Source: the human T2T-CHM13v2.0 reference genome, Homo sapiens
Length of the DNA stretch: 64,000 nucleotides
Reading direction: 5' to 3' (one strand)
NCBI RefSeq assembly: GCF_009914755.1
Contig: NC_060926.1
Part shown: positions 12,537-27,206 of the stretch, piece by piece
How positions within the stretch are numbered: the first letter of the stretch is position 1
Layout: the number at the start of each line of letters is the position of its first letter
Made by a program: the position numbers and the translations under genes
Notes under the pieces: model-generated
Databases searched by the model: none
Told to the model about the DNA's origin: nothing
Seen by the model: only the letters and a program-made list of their open reading frames with translations

Positions 12537-13859
12537 CTTTGGAACAAGAGATGTACAGTATGAGTCCTTTAAACATATTCACACAATGGGAAAATCTTTG
12601 CAGAAGTAAATATAAAATATCAAATTTAAGAACATGATTTTGAAATCATGAAATGTCTATGATTGTTTTTACCCATATTGAGAAGGTACCAAAGAAATCC
12701 CTTATTCTAAGTATGCATAACTGATAATTAGGAGAAATACTGGAATCAGAAAAGTTTTGTGAAGAAAAAATAACTGTTGAATTAATAGGAAATTCTTAGA
12801 ACAGTATACCACCAGGATAGTCTCTAACCCAATTCCTTCTTCTTCAAAAGCATTTTACTTGGTCTTTTAATGATTATTTCCTGGGAATCTGATATTTTGA
12901 CTACATAAAAATTTGCTAAACAAAATGTACGAGTCATCAATGTTTCTACTACATTGAGGATTTCTATATATTAAAAATCACTGTGTTGGCAAATGTCGCC
13001 CATTCTATGAAGTTTCACCCCATTGCCTCCACTCTTATCATCCATTAGCAGAAATAATTACTGCTTTAACAAGCTAGTTGCTTATGTATCTGTCCTCTCT
13101 AAATTATGAATTTCTCAAGAAAAAAATCATTTCTTATTTAGTTTTGTGTCCTGAGTTTCTACAAGTGTCTGACCAATGGTAGGTACTTTAAAAACACTGG
13201 GTGAAATCACAGAGGAGTTCATAGTTTATTCCTGTTTCCACACATTTAAAACATGTAATTTATATTAAATGTATAAAAATGCTGAATCTGAAATTTTGTT
13301 TTACAAGTCTTTTCATGGTCCGATCTCTGAAGAAATCTTATAACGTAAGTAAGTATAAACCATGAAACTTTCATACCAAATAAGACAAATCATTACCATA
13401 TGACTTGCTTCAATACTAGATGTAATGGACAACACGATCTGAATGTAACATCTCAACTCCTCAAAATTTAAACTGTAATGAACCAAACAAATTAATGATG
13501 ACTTCTAGTTTTTTCTGGCAATTGATTTACATTTTTTATTCTTCATTGTAAAGCTAAGAAATTCTACTGAATGATGGTCTTATTTCTACATGATATCATA
13601 AGAGATACAGTTACATTAAGCTGTATTTTGAAAATATTTATTGATTTCATTAAAAAGTAGGAAGAAAATAAAAGGCACAAAGGCTAAAGAAGCAAGAATG
13701 GCTAAAAAAGGAAATAATTCTTTAGAGTAAGGAAGTTTAAATAAAGCTCAATACAGCAAACACCAATTGATTATCTGTCATTTGCAATATATTGGAATAT
13801 ACAAATAGAATTCCAGATTTCAGGAGTTTATACACTGATATTGAAAGAGGAAATGGGGA

Positions 13860-14100
13860 ATAAGACAAGTGCATAATAAACACTAGGAAAGAGGCACATA
13901 TAAAGTGATCCTGGGGTTGGATGAGGAAGAGATCATATACAAATGGAGAGATTAAGGAAGGTTTAATGGAGAAGGTGACGTTTGAGGTAGGCCTAGAAGA
14001 ACATTTGTAATTTAGGCTGGTGGGAATGGTGTTGCAAGTACTATTGGCTTTGGGAACAGCATAAGCAGAGGCATGGAAGTGGGAAACTGAAAGGAATTTT
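13860..14100 (-). mobile_element. L2-like fragment
   Basis: Purine-rich ggaaggtttaatggagaaggtgacgtttgag...gggaacagcataagcagaggc. Confidence 0.45.
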
Positions 14101-14173
14101 GGGGGAAATGAATAATAATTTCTTAAAATAACAATCACTCCTCGTAAGAATTTAGGTTAATAAATATACCAAC

Positions 14174-14434
14174 CTGCCACAGTAAGTTTTCCAGATGTCA
14201 TATTTTCTCCCGCGTAAAATGTGTATTTTCCTTCATCATCTTTCATCATATTTAGAACTGTCAATTTATATATTTTTCCATGTGCTTCAATTTTATATTT
14301 AGAACTGGGCTTGATTTCCTTGTCCTTAAAATTCCACAGGACATCAATTCCAGAGTGGGACAGCTCAACCTCAAACACCACATTTTGAGTTTCTGTACAG
14401 GTAAGGTCACGAAGACCTCTGATAATTTTAATTT
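14174..14434 (-). CDS. TTN: TTN exon 33 (Ig I6)
   Basis: CAG acceptor, GTTGGT donor; 261 nt. Confidence 0.95.
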
Positions 14435-14526
14435 CTGGGGAAAAAATAAAATAATCTCTTGGTTATTGTTACACTGGGAAAGTAGAATGCTTAAAGTAAT
14501 TATTAGATAGGTAGAATAATCCTTAC

Positions 14527-14790
14527 TTTCTACAGAGAGATTACAGTTGGTTTCAACTCTGCCAACTATCAGCTTATAAGGTCCTTCGTCTGAAGCATGA
14601 GTTCGGTTAATGACTAGTCGCTGTTTAGTACCTTTCACAATGGCCTGTACACGGTCATCAGGCTTGATTTGTTCATCATTTAAGTACCACTTAACAGAAG
14701 TCACATCAGGGACTGACACCTTACATTCAAGCACAGCCTTGGTGCCTTCAATCACATTAACATCTTTTAGAGGTGTTATCACGTCCACAC
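14527..14790 (-). CDS. TTN: TTN exon 32 (Ig I5)
   Basis: CAG acceptor, GTAAGG donor; 264 nt. Confidence 0.96.
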
Positions 14791-14902
14791 CTGCAAAATC
14801 ATACACACACAAGATGAATGAATTTTGTTGAAATTGTCTGCTCCTTGAAGTTCTTTATGTTGCTTAATAGTGTAAACATAAAATTTTATAATTAGGACTC
14901 AC

Positions 14903-15175
14903 TATAGACAGAGACACGCCCACTGGTGGAGAGGCCAAGGGCTGGAATGGTGAAAGAGTAATTTCCAGCATCTTCCTTAGTCATGTCTTCAATGAGCAGC
15001 ATATGAGATTGTTTGTCTATCACAATGTGAACCCTGTCACTGGGCTGCACTTCTTGGCCGTCTTTCATCCAGACGCCTTCCACACTTTCCAAGGAGACTT
15101 TAACTTCAAGCTGAACAATGTCACCCTCACAGACTTTTTGGTCACTAAGTCCTTGTAGGATAGCAATGGGGCGGG
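14903..15175 (-). CDS. TTN: TTN exon 31 (Ig I4)
   Basis: CAG acceptor, GTGAGT donor; 273 nt. Confidence 0.96.
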
Positions 15176-15271
15176 CTGTGAAATATGGGGAGAAAAAGAA
15201 TGTTATGATCATTTTTTATCAATAAACCATAATGATGCTCACTGCAGGCTGACAGGAATGGGAGGACTTAC

Positions 15272-15538
15272 GTTTCATCTTTAATTTACAGGTTGTCTTT
15301 TTCCCGTCGATGACAAAGCTGTATTCTCCCTGGTCCTCCTTGGTTACATCCTTGACCGTGAGGTTCTGACGTCCACGACGAGATGTAATTGTATATTTGC
15401 CATTGGATTTAAGCTCCACATCATTATGATACCATTTTCCTTCTATATTTTCTGGGGATACAATGCACTCTAATTCTCCTGAATATGATTCTGGAACTTC
15501 TATGTCCTGAAGTTCTTTCACAAACTCAACAACTGCAC
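15272..15538 (-). CDS. TTN: TTN exon 30 (Ig I3)
   Basis: CAG acceptor, GTAAGT donor; 267 nt. Confidence 0.96.
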
Positions 15539-15985
15539 CTGAAGTGTATAACAGAAAGATAAATCAATTTTTTTGGAGAGGTATGCATCTAGACTTAGGA
15601 TAGAGATGATGTCTTGTATGTCTTTTATCTCCCCTATACTATCAGGTGTATTCTTAATATCTACCCGCTGATGGGCTGAGAGATAAATTTTCAATAAGAA
15701 GCAGTTATTTTATTTTAATTTTTAAATATTTTTGAAAGTAAAGAATTATGCTTCAATAAAAAACTTAAAAGCTAAAAATCAAGATAATACTACTTTAAAA
15801 AATCCAAATGGTCAAATTGTTAACATTCTTAATTAGGAACATAAATTTATGATTCTGGCTATGAAACTTATAGTCAATTTCCAAATAATTGTTTCATGAA
15901 AGAAAAATTGCATAGCTAATTTTACCACATGCTAAGGGTGACTTTAGAGCTTAGGTAAACAATGAAATCCTTCGTTGTTGAATAC

Positions 15986-16267
15986 CTTCAACAATAAGTT
16001 TAGCAGTCGTTTTGACATTTTCATCTTCCACAAGTACACAGCTGTAATCTTCAGCATCAGACGTATCAATGGTCAGTATGGAGAGGAAGTGAACCTTTCT
16101 GTCAGAGTGCATCCTGTATTTATCTCCCTCATGAACCTCCATACCATCTTTATACCATTTCACTTTGACAAATGGTTCTGAAGTTTCACATTCAAAGGTT
16201 GCCATAGTGTCTTTTTCCTTAGCAACAACATCTTGTAATTCCTGTGTGAAAGTGATCAATTGCTTGG
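15986..16267 (-). CDS. TTN: TTN exon 29 (Ig I2)
   Basis: TAG acceptor, GTATTC donor; 282 nt. Confidence 0.95.
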
Positions 16268-16325
16268 CTACAAGAAAAAGGTGGGGGAAAAAGGGGAGAG
16301 CACATTATATTAAATTAAATTCTCA

Positions 16326-18140
<1,815 letters not shown>

Positions 18141-18213
18141 TCAATATAGTGGTATAGCTTCCCTGGTTATTGGATTTGTATAATGAGCTTAGCTTTATTA
18201 TTTCCATACTTAC

Positions 18214-18382
18214 CTGATTTTGGGATATTTATGAGGCACAATGATGTCACTGTTTTTCAACCATACAATGTCAGGGTTGGGGTTACCCGTAGCTCTGACT
18301 TTCATTTCAAGTCGGGAACCTTCCTTTATATTGACATTTTTCAGTTTTTCTACAAACATCGGTTTTACCTGATGTTCCACAG
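18214..18382 (-). CDS. TTN: TTN exon 27 (start of Ig Z7)
   Basis: CAG acceptor, GTAAGT donor; 169 nt; VEHQVKPMFVEKLKN... Confidence 0.95.
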
Positions 18383-18484
18383 CTGAAAGAGAAAGGTCAT
18401 GATTTAGAGGGAGTAAGGCTGAAATACCTGTTTATAACCCAAGTGATAAGAAAATTCATTTATTTTTATTTTATCTCATTTTAC

Positions 18485-18649
18485 CTTCCACAGTTAAAAT
18501 CACTGAAATTGAAGATCTGCCTGCCCTGTTTTGGGCAACCACAGTCCATTCCCCAGAATCACTGGGTGTGGCAGGGACAATAATTAGTGATTGAGTACCA
18601 TCTTCTTTAATGACTACTTTATGGGTATAGTCATTGACAATTTGCTGGC
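18485..18649 (-). CDS. TTN: TTN exon 26 (end of Ig Z6)
   Basis: CAG acceptor, GTAAAA donor; 165 nt. Confidence 0.95.
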
Positions 18650-18768
18650 CTGTGAAAATATGTTTAAAAGAAAGTAGATTTTAAAATAGTTTTTAAAAAT
18701 TGTTAGATGCATACATAAGCTTGTTTTTGTGTTTTTATGATTCATGAGCAAAAACTTATCACACTTAC

Positions 18769-19040
18769 CATCATGAAACCAGAACGTCTCTGGCATAGGT
18801 CTACCAACAACCTTTAAGTCAAATCTGGCAGTTTGCCCTTCTAAACATTTGAAAGAAACAGGTTTTAACACAAAGACTGGTTTATATAGTCTCTCAAGTT
18901 GTGACTCATCTGTCTCCTCCAGCCTACGTCCAGGGGACATTCTTGCAGGGGACATCCGTGCAGGAGACATCCTTGCAGGTGACATCCGTGCAGGAGACAT
19001 GCGTATAGGAGACCTGCTCACTGAACGTGGAGAGAGAGAT
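18769..19040 (-). CDS. TTN: TTN exon 25 (SPxR repeats and start of Z6)
   Basis: CAG acceptor, GTAAGT donor; 272 nt; (RMSPA)n. Confidence 0.96.
18931..19003 (-). repeat. Coding 15-bp tandem repeat, about 5 copies (RMSPA)
   Basis: Plus-strand units gcaggNgacatNcNt repeat every 15 nt. Confidence 0.9.
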
Positions 19041-19938
19041 CTGCAAAACAAAGACACACAATACTTTCGTGAGGCATAAAGAAAACTCAGCAAAACAAAC
19101 TTCATTTTGTCTTATTCATTATTCATGTTATTTTAGAATTTACTTCTTGCACGTATTAGAAGGCACCTCAAACTCATTCAGATCTAAAATAGAATATATT
19201 ATTGTTGCCCCCACAACTATGTTTTTCCTATATTCTCAATTTTAGCTGGTAGTCATTCAGTACATCCAGGTACCCAGGCTCAAAAATCTTGGAATAATCC
19301 TCAATACTCTCTTTTCCTTACCACTTGGATTTAATCAGTCACTAGACTTTTTTGATTTAACTACTAAAACATCCTAATAAATGTTGGTTGGATAAGTAAA
19401 CCAATGAATACATTTATGGAAAAATAAAAAATACACATTCTTTATCTCAGAGGAGGAAAACATAGAAATGAATTTGGAAACAAAACAAAGCAAAACAAGA
19501 CTCCATCTACACATTGCAGCCAGACTGACTTGGAGTTTGAATGCTGGCACCACCGCTTACAGGCTGGATGAATTAAGACAATTTTCATAGATTCCCAGGG
19601 CCTCAGTGTTCCTATTTCCAAACCAATAATAGTCATCTTTTTATTGCAGGGCTGTTGTATAAATTTACATATGTAAAAATCAGGTGTCAAATAAGAGCTA
19701 TTGTGATATTAGCTATAGCACTAGGAAAATAAACAGTATGTTACACTGATGAAAATTCTTTGCTCATCTTACACAGGGGCAAGAAATAAAAACTTCTGGC
19801 AATTGTTGGTGTTGCCAATGGTAAGTTTCTGTGCCATTTTAGCCCTCGATTTTCTTCTTACACAATAGCAATTTGCTACTATTTGATGTTTTGAAAACAA
19901 TTTACATACTAAATAACCCAAATTATTACAAGTCTTAC

Positions 19939-20183
19939 CTGATTCTGCTCACTGGCTCTAGTGTGGGAATGTAAGTCGGAGCTCCAAGTGGTGCAGCAGG
20001 CTCCACATACAATTTCCCTGAGCAAATTGCATTTCCTTTAATATTGCTGGCAAATGCAGTGTAGATTCCTTCATCTTCTGGAAGAACAACAGGTATACGC
20101 AGACTAGCTCTGCCATCTTGTAGAAAGTCCATTTGGTATCTTTCTCCATGTTTGATGCGCTTGCCATCTTTGTACCAAGCAAT
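19939..20183 (-). CDS. TTN: TTN exon 24 (end of Ig Z5)
   Basis: CAG acceptor, GTAAGA donor; 245 nt. Confidence 0.96.
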
Positions 20184-20293
20184 CTGCAAAGAATACCATG
20201 CATGTATGAATAAAATTTACATCGAATAGTTATATTTTAACCAATTTGTATCTTTACTGTGGCAAGGAGCTGTGATAAATGTTTATATTTTAC

Positions 20294-20527
20294 CTTTGGT
20301 AATGGATATCCAGACATCTTGCAATGAAAAGTGACACCCATCCCCTCAAGAATTCTATAATTCTTGATTCTTAAATCAAATCCTGATTCAACAGCTTCAG
20401 ATTCAGAAATGTCAACTGCCATCTTTTCTTCTCCATCTTCTTCAAGAAGTTCTTCTAATGTAGTCTTTATTATTCTATATTCAATTTCTTTAATAAGTCT
20501 CTCTTCAAAGGAAGAAATATGGAATTC
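20294..20527 (-). CDS. TTN: TTN exon 23 (insert and start of Z5)
   Basis: TAG acceptor, GTAAAA donor; 234 nt. Confidence 0.95.
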
Positions 20528-21064
20528 CTATGCAAAAAGATTATGGTCTGTTAAAAATACATATCCTTACTGATATAAATTATTTAAGGAGATGTATCTG
20601 AGCTAGACTGTTGAAGTTTTTAGCTGGGAGAAGAATCTAGAAGACTTTTTGGTTTGTTTGTTTTAATCTGCATTATGGTCATCTTTCCCAGTGAATGTTG
20701 TGGCATCTTGGGTAGAAAGGTATTCCAAAAGCAGGAGTTAGATTTGGGTTAGAGGTTACATTAGCTTATCACACAGATGAAGAGATCTTGGCATGAATGA
20801 ACTCAGCTGTGCTAATATTGGTGTTTTCCTTAATATATTATAAGCCCTATTTTTAAAGTCACATTTATGGCCTATATGTAATCTCTATTTCTAAACTCAC
20901 AGGTGCAACATACCATGAAGATTAAGGAAACTTAGCAACAGTGAACTTGGACCTTCTAATAGCTGTCTAACCCCGAGCTCATCACTTGAAAATGAAAATA
21001 TCAAATAAAAAAAGGAAAGTATAATTTATGAAATTGTTTGGTTGGTCATTACTTTTATACTCAC

Positions 21065-21270
21065 CTGATCTTCTACATAAGTTCTGACCACTACAGTATC
21101 TTTGGCCATTTTCTTCCTAATTAAGGCTTGTTCTTTTTCATACTCTTTTTCATACTCAGAGTATACAAATCCAGGTGCTGTTTCTCCAACTTCAGGTTCT
21201 TGAACAAATGCAGTCACTTGTGTCTGATAAAGCATTTCTTGCTGGGACTTCATCAGTAACTCATAATCAG
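21065..21270 (-). CDS. TTN: TTN exon 22
   Basis: TAG acceptor, GTGAGT donor; 206 nt. Confidence 0.95.
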
Positions 21271-22185
21271 CTAAGAGTTAAGAACATCAGTTAATTTTTA
21301 ATGCTCTTATTAGAAAACAGTCATACCACTATGCATTCAGGTAAACTCTACACTGGGGAAAGTTGATAACCAAAAACCAAATTTTCCAAATATCTACTAT
21401 TGAAGTGCTCAATATTTTCTAGATGGAATTTGGAAACCAAACTTACACTAACAAATCCAACCAGCCATTACAATTGTAGAAAGAATTTTATATTAGCAGT
21501 CAGTTTTGGGGGGATCTACCACGGAGGACTTCCTAATTTGCTGTGTGTCTTTTAACAATTCATTTACCTTCCTGAATATTGAGTGCTTTATCTGCTAAAT
21601 GAAGATAATATTGTAATTTCCTCTAAGGGATACTGTGTAGGTCAAGTGAAACAGAGTGTGAGCCAGTTCACTGTAAATGTGAACAGTCTAGCATGAAAGC
21701 TGTTACATTTGTTTTCAAGTTATAAACATTGAAAATCCTGACTTCCAGGTTTTCTTTAAGATATCAGGAGCTCTAGCAACACTGAGCCTGGTAACAGCCT
21801 GGTGCATGCCTGGCAACAACACAGCTACTGTCTCTTTGAGGCAGGGCACCTACTCTCCAGTTTGCTACTGTTTTCATTGAGCTCACTGTTACCTGCCTGG
21901 GCCTGGAAGGCAACTGGATTTAGAATCTCTGCATTTTCAGAGGCATGATATGCCTAGAAACAAATACAACAAAAAGAAACTATTGCTAGAACCTCAGAAG
22001 TTTAATGACAGTATAGTTTTTGAGGCCATGTGGTCTAAAACATTTTCCATACAACTGAGGCAAAGACACTGGGGCAAAGTATCAGAACCAGTAAGTGGCA
22101 ACAGGTTTTTCAGCAAACGGACAGCACTGCTATCTCCTTGTATTTCAGTTCTTATCATGCACATAGAAACTGGAGTTGCACTTAC

Positions 22186-22328
22186 CTTCTTCAAGCAAGG
22201 AAGCAGATGCAGAAGTTTCTCCATGCTTATTGCGAACAACAATAGTGTATTCTCCAGCATCATCAGCAAAAGTCATAGAAATCACCAGCTTGCATTCACC
22301 GGTTTGTTTGTTGTAACTCACTTTGTAT
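22186..22328 (-). CDS. TTN: TTN exon 21 (end of Ig Z4)
   Basis: AAG acceptor, GTAAGT donor; 143 nt; YKVSYNKQTGECKLVISMTFADDAGEYT... Confidence 0.93.
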
Positions 22329-22970
22329 CTTTATGTAAATGTACAAAATTTAAAAATCAGTTATCAACAACTCTTCTGTGGGTAAAATAATTGGACTTAT
22401 CTGTGAGTGGATCTGTGGTATAAAATTCAATGACCCTAAACATATGACTAAGCTCCACAATAGATTATAAGATTGCTGAAAATTGAGAAAAATGCAAGAA
22501 CATGAGTAATTAGGGCCAAATAAGTTAAAATATTCATTTTAAAGAATATTTATTGCTAGAATCAGTCATGAAATTAAGTGGTTTTCAGTGTTTATGTTAG
22601 CAAATGATCAGGTCACTTAAACAACAGGTATTTTCTCTTTGTTCGTTATTTTTCTCATTATTTCATTCAGAAATCAAATGAATAATTAAAACAATAAATT
22701 CCTTCAAATATTTCAGTATTAACTCTCTGGTACATTATATTTATTATTATGAAGGTACGGCACCTACATTTTTAGATTACCAGGTTGCTCTTTTTATCTT
22801 AAATTGCAAAATATTCAGAGCTAAATTTTATATTGAATTGAAGAAAAATTACTAGCATAGATTTTTGGGCATAACTAGCTTTCTTCTTCATTACATGGCT
22901 ATTCTTCTATCTTTTAGTCACTTAGTTATTACATGTTTTTATTGAAAATTGTCTCAAATCTTTTCTGGAA

Positions 22971-23009
22971 GTGTGTGTGTGTGTGTGTGTGTGTGGGTGT
23001 GTTTGTGTG
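22971..23009. repeat. (GT)n microsatellite
   Basis: Direct reading. Confidence 0.95.
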
Positions 23010-23276
23010 AAAATCCATATTTTCTCTACTTTCACAAACTCAATGAATTAAACTATAATGTAAAGAAATATATCTTCCATCCACTTTTGTCACATAGCTT
23101 TATTTCTTAGGAAGACTTTGCACAAAAAAAATGTAAAAATACCTCAAAACAAACTAAGAAGGCTCCACAATGAAAGAGCCTATGCTCAGGGTCGGTGGGG
23201 TGAGTAAATTCTACTCTAGGCTTCATGCACGTATTATACAAGTCACAGAGAACTCTATATTCAGCCATCAAAATAC

Positions 23277-23492
23277 CTGTATCCAGTGGTTAGAGGAACA
23301 CCAGATTTTTTCCAGTATACATGGGGCTTTGGGTTGCCGCCAACTTGGCATCCAAACACCACGCTCCCACCTTCCACCAGTTTCTGGACCACTGGTTTTG
23401 TAATAAAGTAAGGCGCGGCAGGTTCTCCAGGCCCTGCTTGTTCCTCTGTGAGGCTAGTATCAGTCATAACCACATCTCTTGACTCAACAAAG
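23277..23492 (-). CDS. TTN: TTN exon 20 (start of Ig Z4)
   Basis: CAG acceptor, GTATTT donor; 216 nt. Confidence 0.95.
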
Positions 23493-23603
23493 CTGGAAAG
23501 AGAATTCCCCTCATATTAGCTTCCGGGTTGCAATTTGCCAATACTGGTGGGGCTGAAAGTCAAAATGGTACTAGAACAGCTACTAATTAGCAAAATATTT
23601 TAC

Positions 23604-23667
23604 CGTTTCTCTTCTGTAGTAAATTTCTCAGTCACGGCTGTGGTTTCCTTTTCAAATTCTTCTGACA
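23604..23667 (-). CDS. TTN: TTN exon 19
   Basis: TAG acceptor, GTAAAA donor; 64 nt; SEEFEKETTAVTEKFTTEEK. Confidence 0.93.
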
Positions 23668-23870
23668 CTAAAAGAAGACAAAAGTTTCTCATTGAGATGA
23701 GATGTTTAGTGACCCCTGCTTAGCACTGACAGTTAAATTGACCATATAATCTCCCCCCAAGTTCCAAAAAGGGACATCATTTCAAGGTGCACAGAAACCA
23801 TATTGTGGAAAAGAGTGTCAGATGAAAGTGATGGCATGTGCATTAGGACTGTGGGAGGGTGGCCACTAAC

Positions 23871-24129
23871 CCTGCACAGCCAGATAGCAGGATGTGCTGA
23901 CGGTTCCAGCCTCATTTACAGCACTGCAAGTAAATCGCCCGCTGTCTTCCGCAAATGCTTCGCGAATCATAAGACGAGCAATTCCACTCTGGAAGGTTAT
24001 CTGGAAGTCAATGGAACTTTCGATTTGGTAGTCTTCCCTGTACCATGTCACTGTCGGGGATGGGTATCCAGAGATGTGGCACTCCAAGGTGACAGATTCA
24101 CCTTCTATGACAGTCACATTTTTTAAGCC
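23871..24129 (-). CDS. TTN: TTN exon 18 (Ig Z3)
   Basis: CAG acceptor, GTTAGT donor; 259 nt. Confidence 0.95.
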
Positions 24130-24784
24130 CTGAAGAGAGGAGAAAAAATAAATAATGATACGTGTGCATATTCATTAATCACTTCTGTTTTGTAACAAAT
24201 GTAGAGTTTGAACTTATGCATTTCAACTGCCACAAAATGGCCTTTTAATCAGGACTCCAGAAATAGTAGTAGAGAAACTAATATTTATATAATATACTAA
24301 TATATTAGTAAAGAGCTGTAAGGCTCAATAGCAAATGCTACCTATTCAACAAAGCTTTGCCATGGTATCACCAACTGGAATGAATCTATGCCTCCCATGG
24401 ATTCTCCTTCTGTTGTGATGTTTATCACCTTATATATTTTATTATGCTTGTTTGTGTACATTTTCTCTGATGGCAAAGAAAATATTTCAAAGAGGGATGG
24501 ATTGGTCTTTATGTCTGCACAGCTCCTGCAATAATGCCTTCTGCATATTAGAAGCTCATTAAATCTTTTGAATCCATGAATGATGTACCACATAGAATTC
24601 CCTTCTTCCTTGCCAAATATGGTCAAATATGGTCTTCCAGACCAAATACGGTCTTAAAATGAGCATCTGTAAGCTCACTAATGTCATTTTTGTATTAATT
24701 TGAGAAACTGATCTTTGCAAACGTGTATTAAAATGATTTGAGGAGATATGAATAGGGTCCAGCATTATCAACTTCTTTACTCAC

Positions 24785-24850
24785 CGAGACCAAAGTTGGT
24801 GGAGTAACAGGAATTTCAACAGGTGCTGGTACTCTTGCTGTTTCTGTTAC
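24785..24850 (-). CDS. TTN: TTN exon 17
   Basis: TAG acceptor, GTGAGT donor; 66 nt; VTETARVPAPVEIPVTPPTLVS. Confidence 0.93.
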
Positions 24851-25134
24851 CTAGATTTTTACAAATTATATTACAAAATGCTCATGAAATTAAGGGAAAT
24901 CTCATAAACTCTTAGCTCATGCAACATTATATAATTATAAAAATATAAAAATAATTATAAAAATAATTTGAGAAAATGATCTCTGACCCATACTATGCTC
25001 CATAAAAATCAAGTCTTAGTATGGCAAAGGAGAAAGGCAAGACTCCACTGGCTACTTTTCAGTACAAACTAGCCAACCACCTGGCCCTGCTCAATGGGAG
25101 TGGACCATGTAACAGCGGGTAACCAGTGACCAAC

Positions 25135-25416
25135 CTTGGCTTCGCGTCCGTGCAGTACTTCAAAGCGCTCTTCACGGACGGTGGTGCCAGTGATGCTCAC
25201 CCCTACTTCCTTTTTCACCTCAACGCCAGCTTCACTCTTGTAAGTATCTGGTGTGTCAGCGAAGGGGAACTGTGGCAAGGGTGTGGGCTCTGCCCTTACT
25301 CTAGTCTCACTGGGCTTCACAGTAGGAGCCTTCACCGATTTGGTGATCTTCTGAGCAGAAGATGTGGCTGACAACTCTTTTTGTAATGTGGCAATAGCAC
25401 TACCGGCTATTGATGC
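25135..25416 (-). CDS. TTN: TTN exon 16
   Basis: TAG acceptor, GTTGGT donor; 282 nt. Confidence 0.94.
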
Positions 25417-26684
25417 CTACATGGAAACAGAGTCAGAAAATAAAGTCATTTAACCATCCTCCGATGGCTAGCCCTCTTGGACTGAGTCTGAGCCTATTTT
25501 CTATAAGGTCTGTTCTTTAATGTTCTCATTAGCACTCATTATCACACAGTTAATGAAAAGTCATTTAGAGATAAGCCAATTATAAAGCTCCTTGTCATGC
25601 CTGTTAGTTTGTAAAACAAATTTTAAAATATCTTTTTTAAAGAGTTGTATTCAGAACTCCTTATTTTACAGCTTTTATCATAAAAGGACAGGATCTTCTA
25701 AAGCTTAGTCACGAATTTTCACTTAACCATTCCGATGAATGCCACTTTTGAAAATACCACAGTGGGAGATTCAAAATTAAGAAATTATTGAAATTGTTGG
25801 TAAATGCCTAAGAACTACTTTGCAATAGTACATTTGGGTTTTAGCCACAAATCTATGTGAAAGGTAAACATGAAGACATTCAGAAAAAATATTTTAAAGG
25901 TTTCCTTACTGCTTTTATTCTGTTGTGGTCTATGGTTATTTGTTTTGTAATTTGGGACTAAATCAAATATAGGCATTATATGTAACTTACAGTTCTTTGA
26001 AGGCATAGAAGGTTTGGGTTCTATTTCTTGGATGTGTATAATAACAATAGTGACTAATATCAAGGATTTATTACATGCTGACAACTGCAGGTTTTTATGT
26101 CCTTTTTACTTGCATTTTACATGTATGCTTACTTTCTCCTGATGACAGAGATTATAAGGGAGAAGATAGGGCACTAATCCAGAGCTATTTGATTCCACAA
26201 TCCAACCCGACCACCATACAGTACCACCTCTCCATCTTGCTATATTGAGTATATAAATATATGATTTCTCAATGTCTGTCTTTATTATTGAAACACATTC
26301 ACAGTTAAGTTACTCTGAAATGTCTCACAGCATAAGTAAAACTATGCTGTGTAACACACTACCTTTCACAAAATCATTAGAACAATAGTAATCAAAACAA
26401 TTGAGTTTGAGCTGTCCCTGAAATGTGAACTAGAGAGAAGCCTGTGTGGATTTGTCTCTCCTCAGAGGTATAAGATAACCACTTGTGACTCTAGGCTCAC
26501 TCCCCTGGGCGAGTTTCAGAAACCAAATCTTTAGGGTGTCTGGGCCCACTGTGAATGCAAACACACGCACACACACATCACCAAAAAAGAATCCTCCATT
26601 GGCCTACCCCAGAGATGCTCTGTTTCACAGGTTAGATACTTATTTCCTTTAAACATTTCTGTATCATGCTCTGTAACTTCTTAC

Positions 26685-26807
26685 CTCATATCCATGTTCT
26701 GTCTTAGGAACAGAAATTTTTGAAACAGTAAAGTGAGGGCTAGCTGTGCGGGGGCGTTTATCCACATGGACTAATCTTTCCGTTGTTAGATCTGTAGTTT
26801 TCTTGAT
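26685..26807 (-). CDS. TTN: TTN exon 15 (Zq region)
   Basis: CAG acceptor, GTAAGA donor; 123 nt; IKKTTDLTTERLVHVDKRPRTASPHFTVSKISVPKTEHGYE. Confidence 0.94.
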
Positions 26808-26912
26808 CTGCATTGAAATGAAACTCAGTGATACCATTGATCACCAGATGACCACAGCAGTGAGGCTTGCTTTACCATGAACAAGGTGAAAAATCAGCAG
26901 GTATAGACTCAC

Positions 26913-27206
26913 CTGTGATGATATGTGCATTCCCTTTTGATCAGTAGTTTTGATATGAGTCTCAGAAGGAGCCTGGATTACTCTAGGCTTGACTGCTTTA
27001 GGGACAACGTGGGGTTCTGAGGCTGGACGTTGGGGAGGCTCAGCTACCTTTGCGGCGGAAATGCGTTCCTTATATCCGTACTCCAAAGTGGTCTGCTGAG
27101 CATAGGATTCTTCAAGATGCCCAGGCTCTCTGGGCTCTCTGACTCGGGCCTGGTCTACTGCAGCAACAACTGTTGCTACAGCTTCAGCCTTTTTTCCAAC
27201 GTCCAC
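26913..27206 (-). CDS. TTN: TTN exon 14 (Z-repeat 7 and linker)
   Basis: CAG acceptor, GTGAGT donor; 294 nt; GKKAEAVATVVAAVDQARVREP alpha-actinin-binding motif. Confidence 0.96.

Noticed and set aside
26808-26912. Intron 14 (105 nt, 3n) as an in-frame retained intron
   Set aside because: In-frame TGA at 26843-26841
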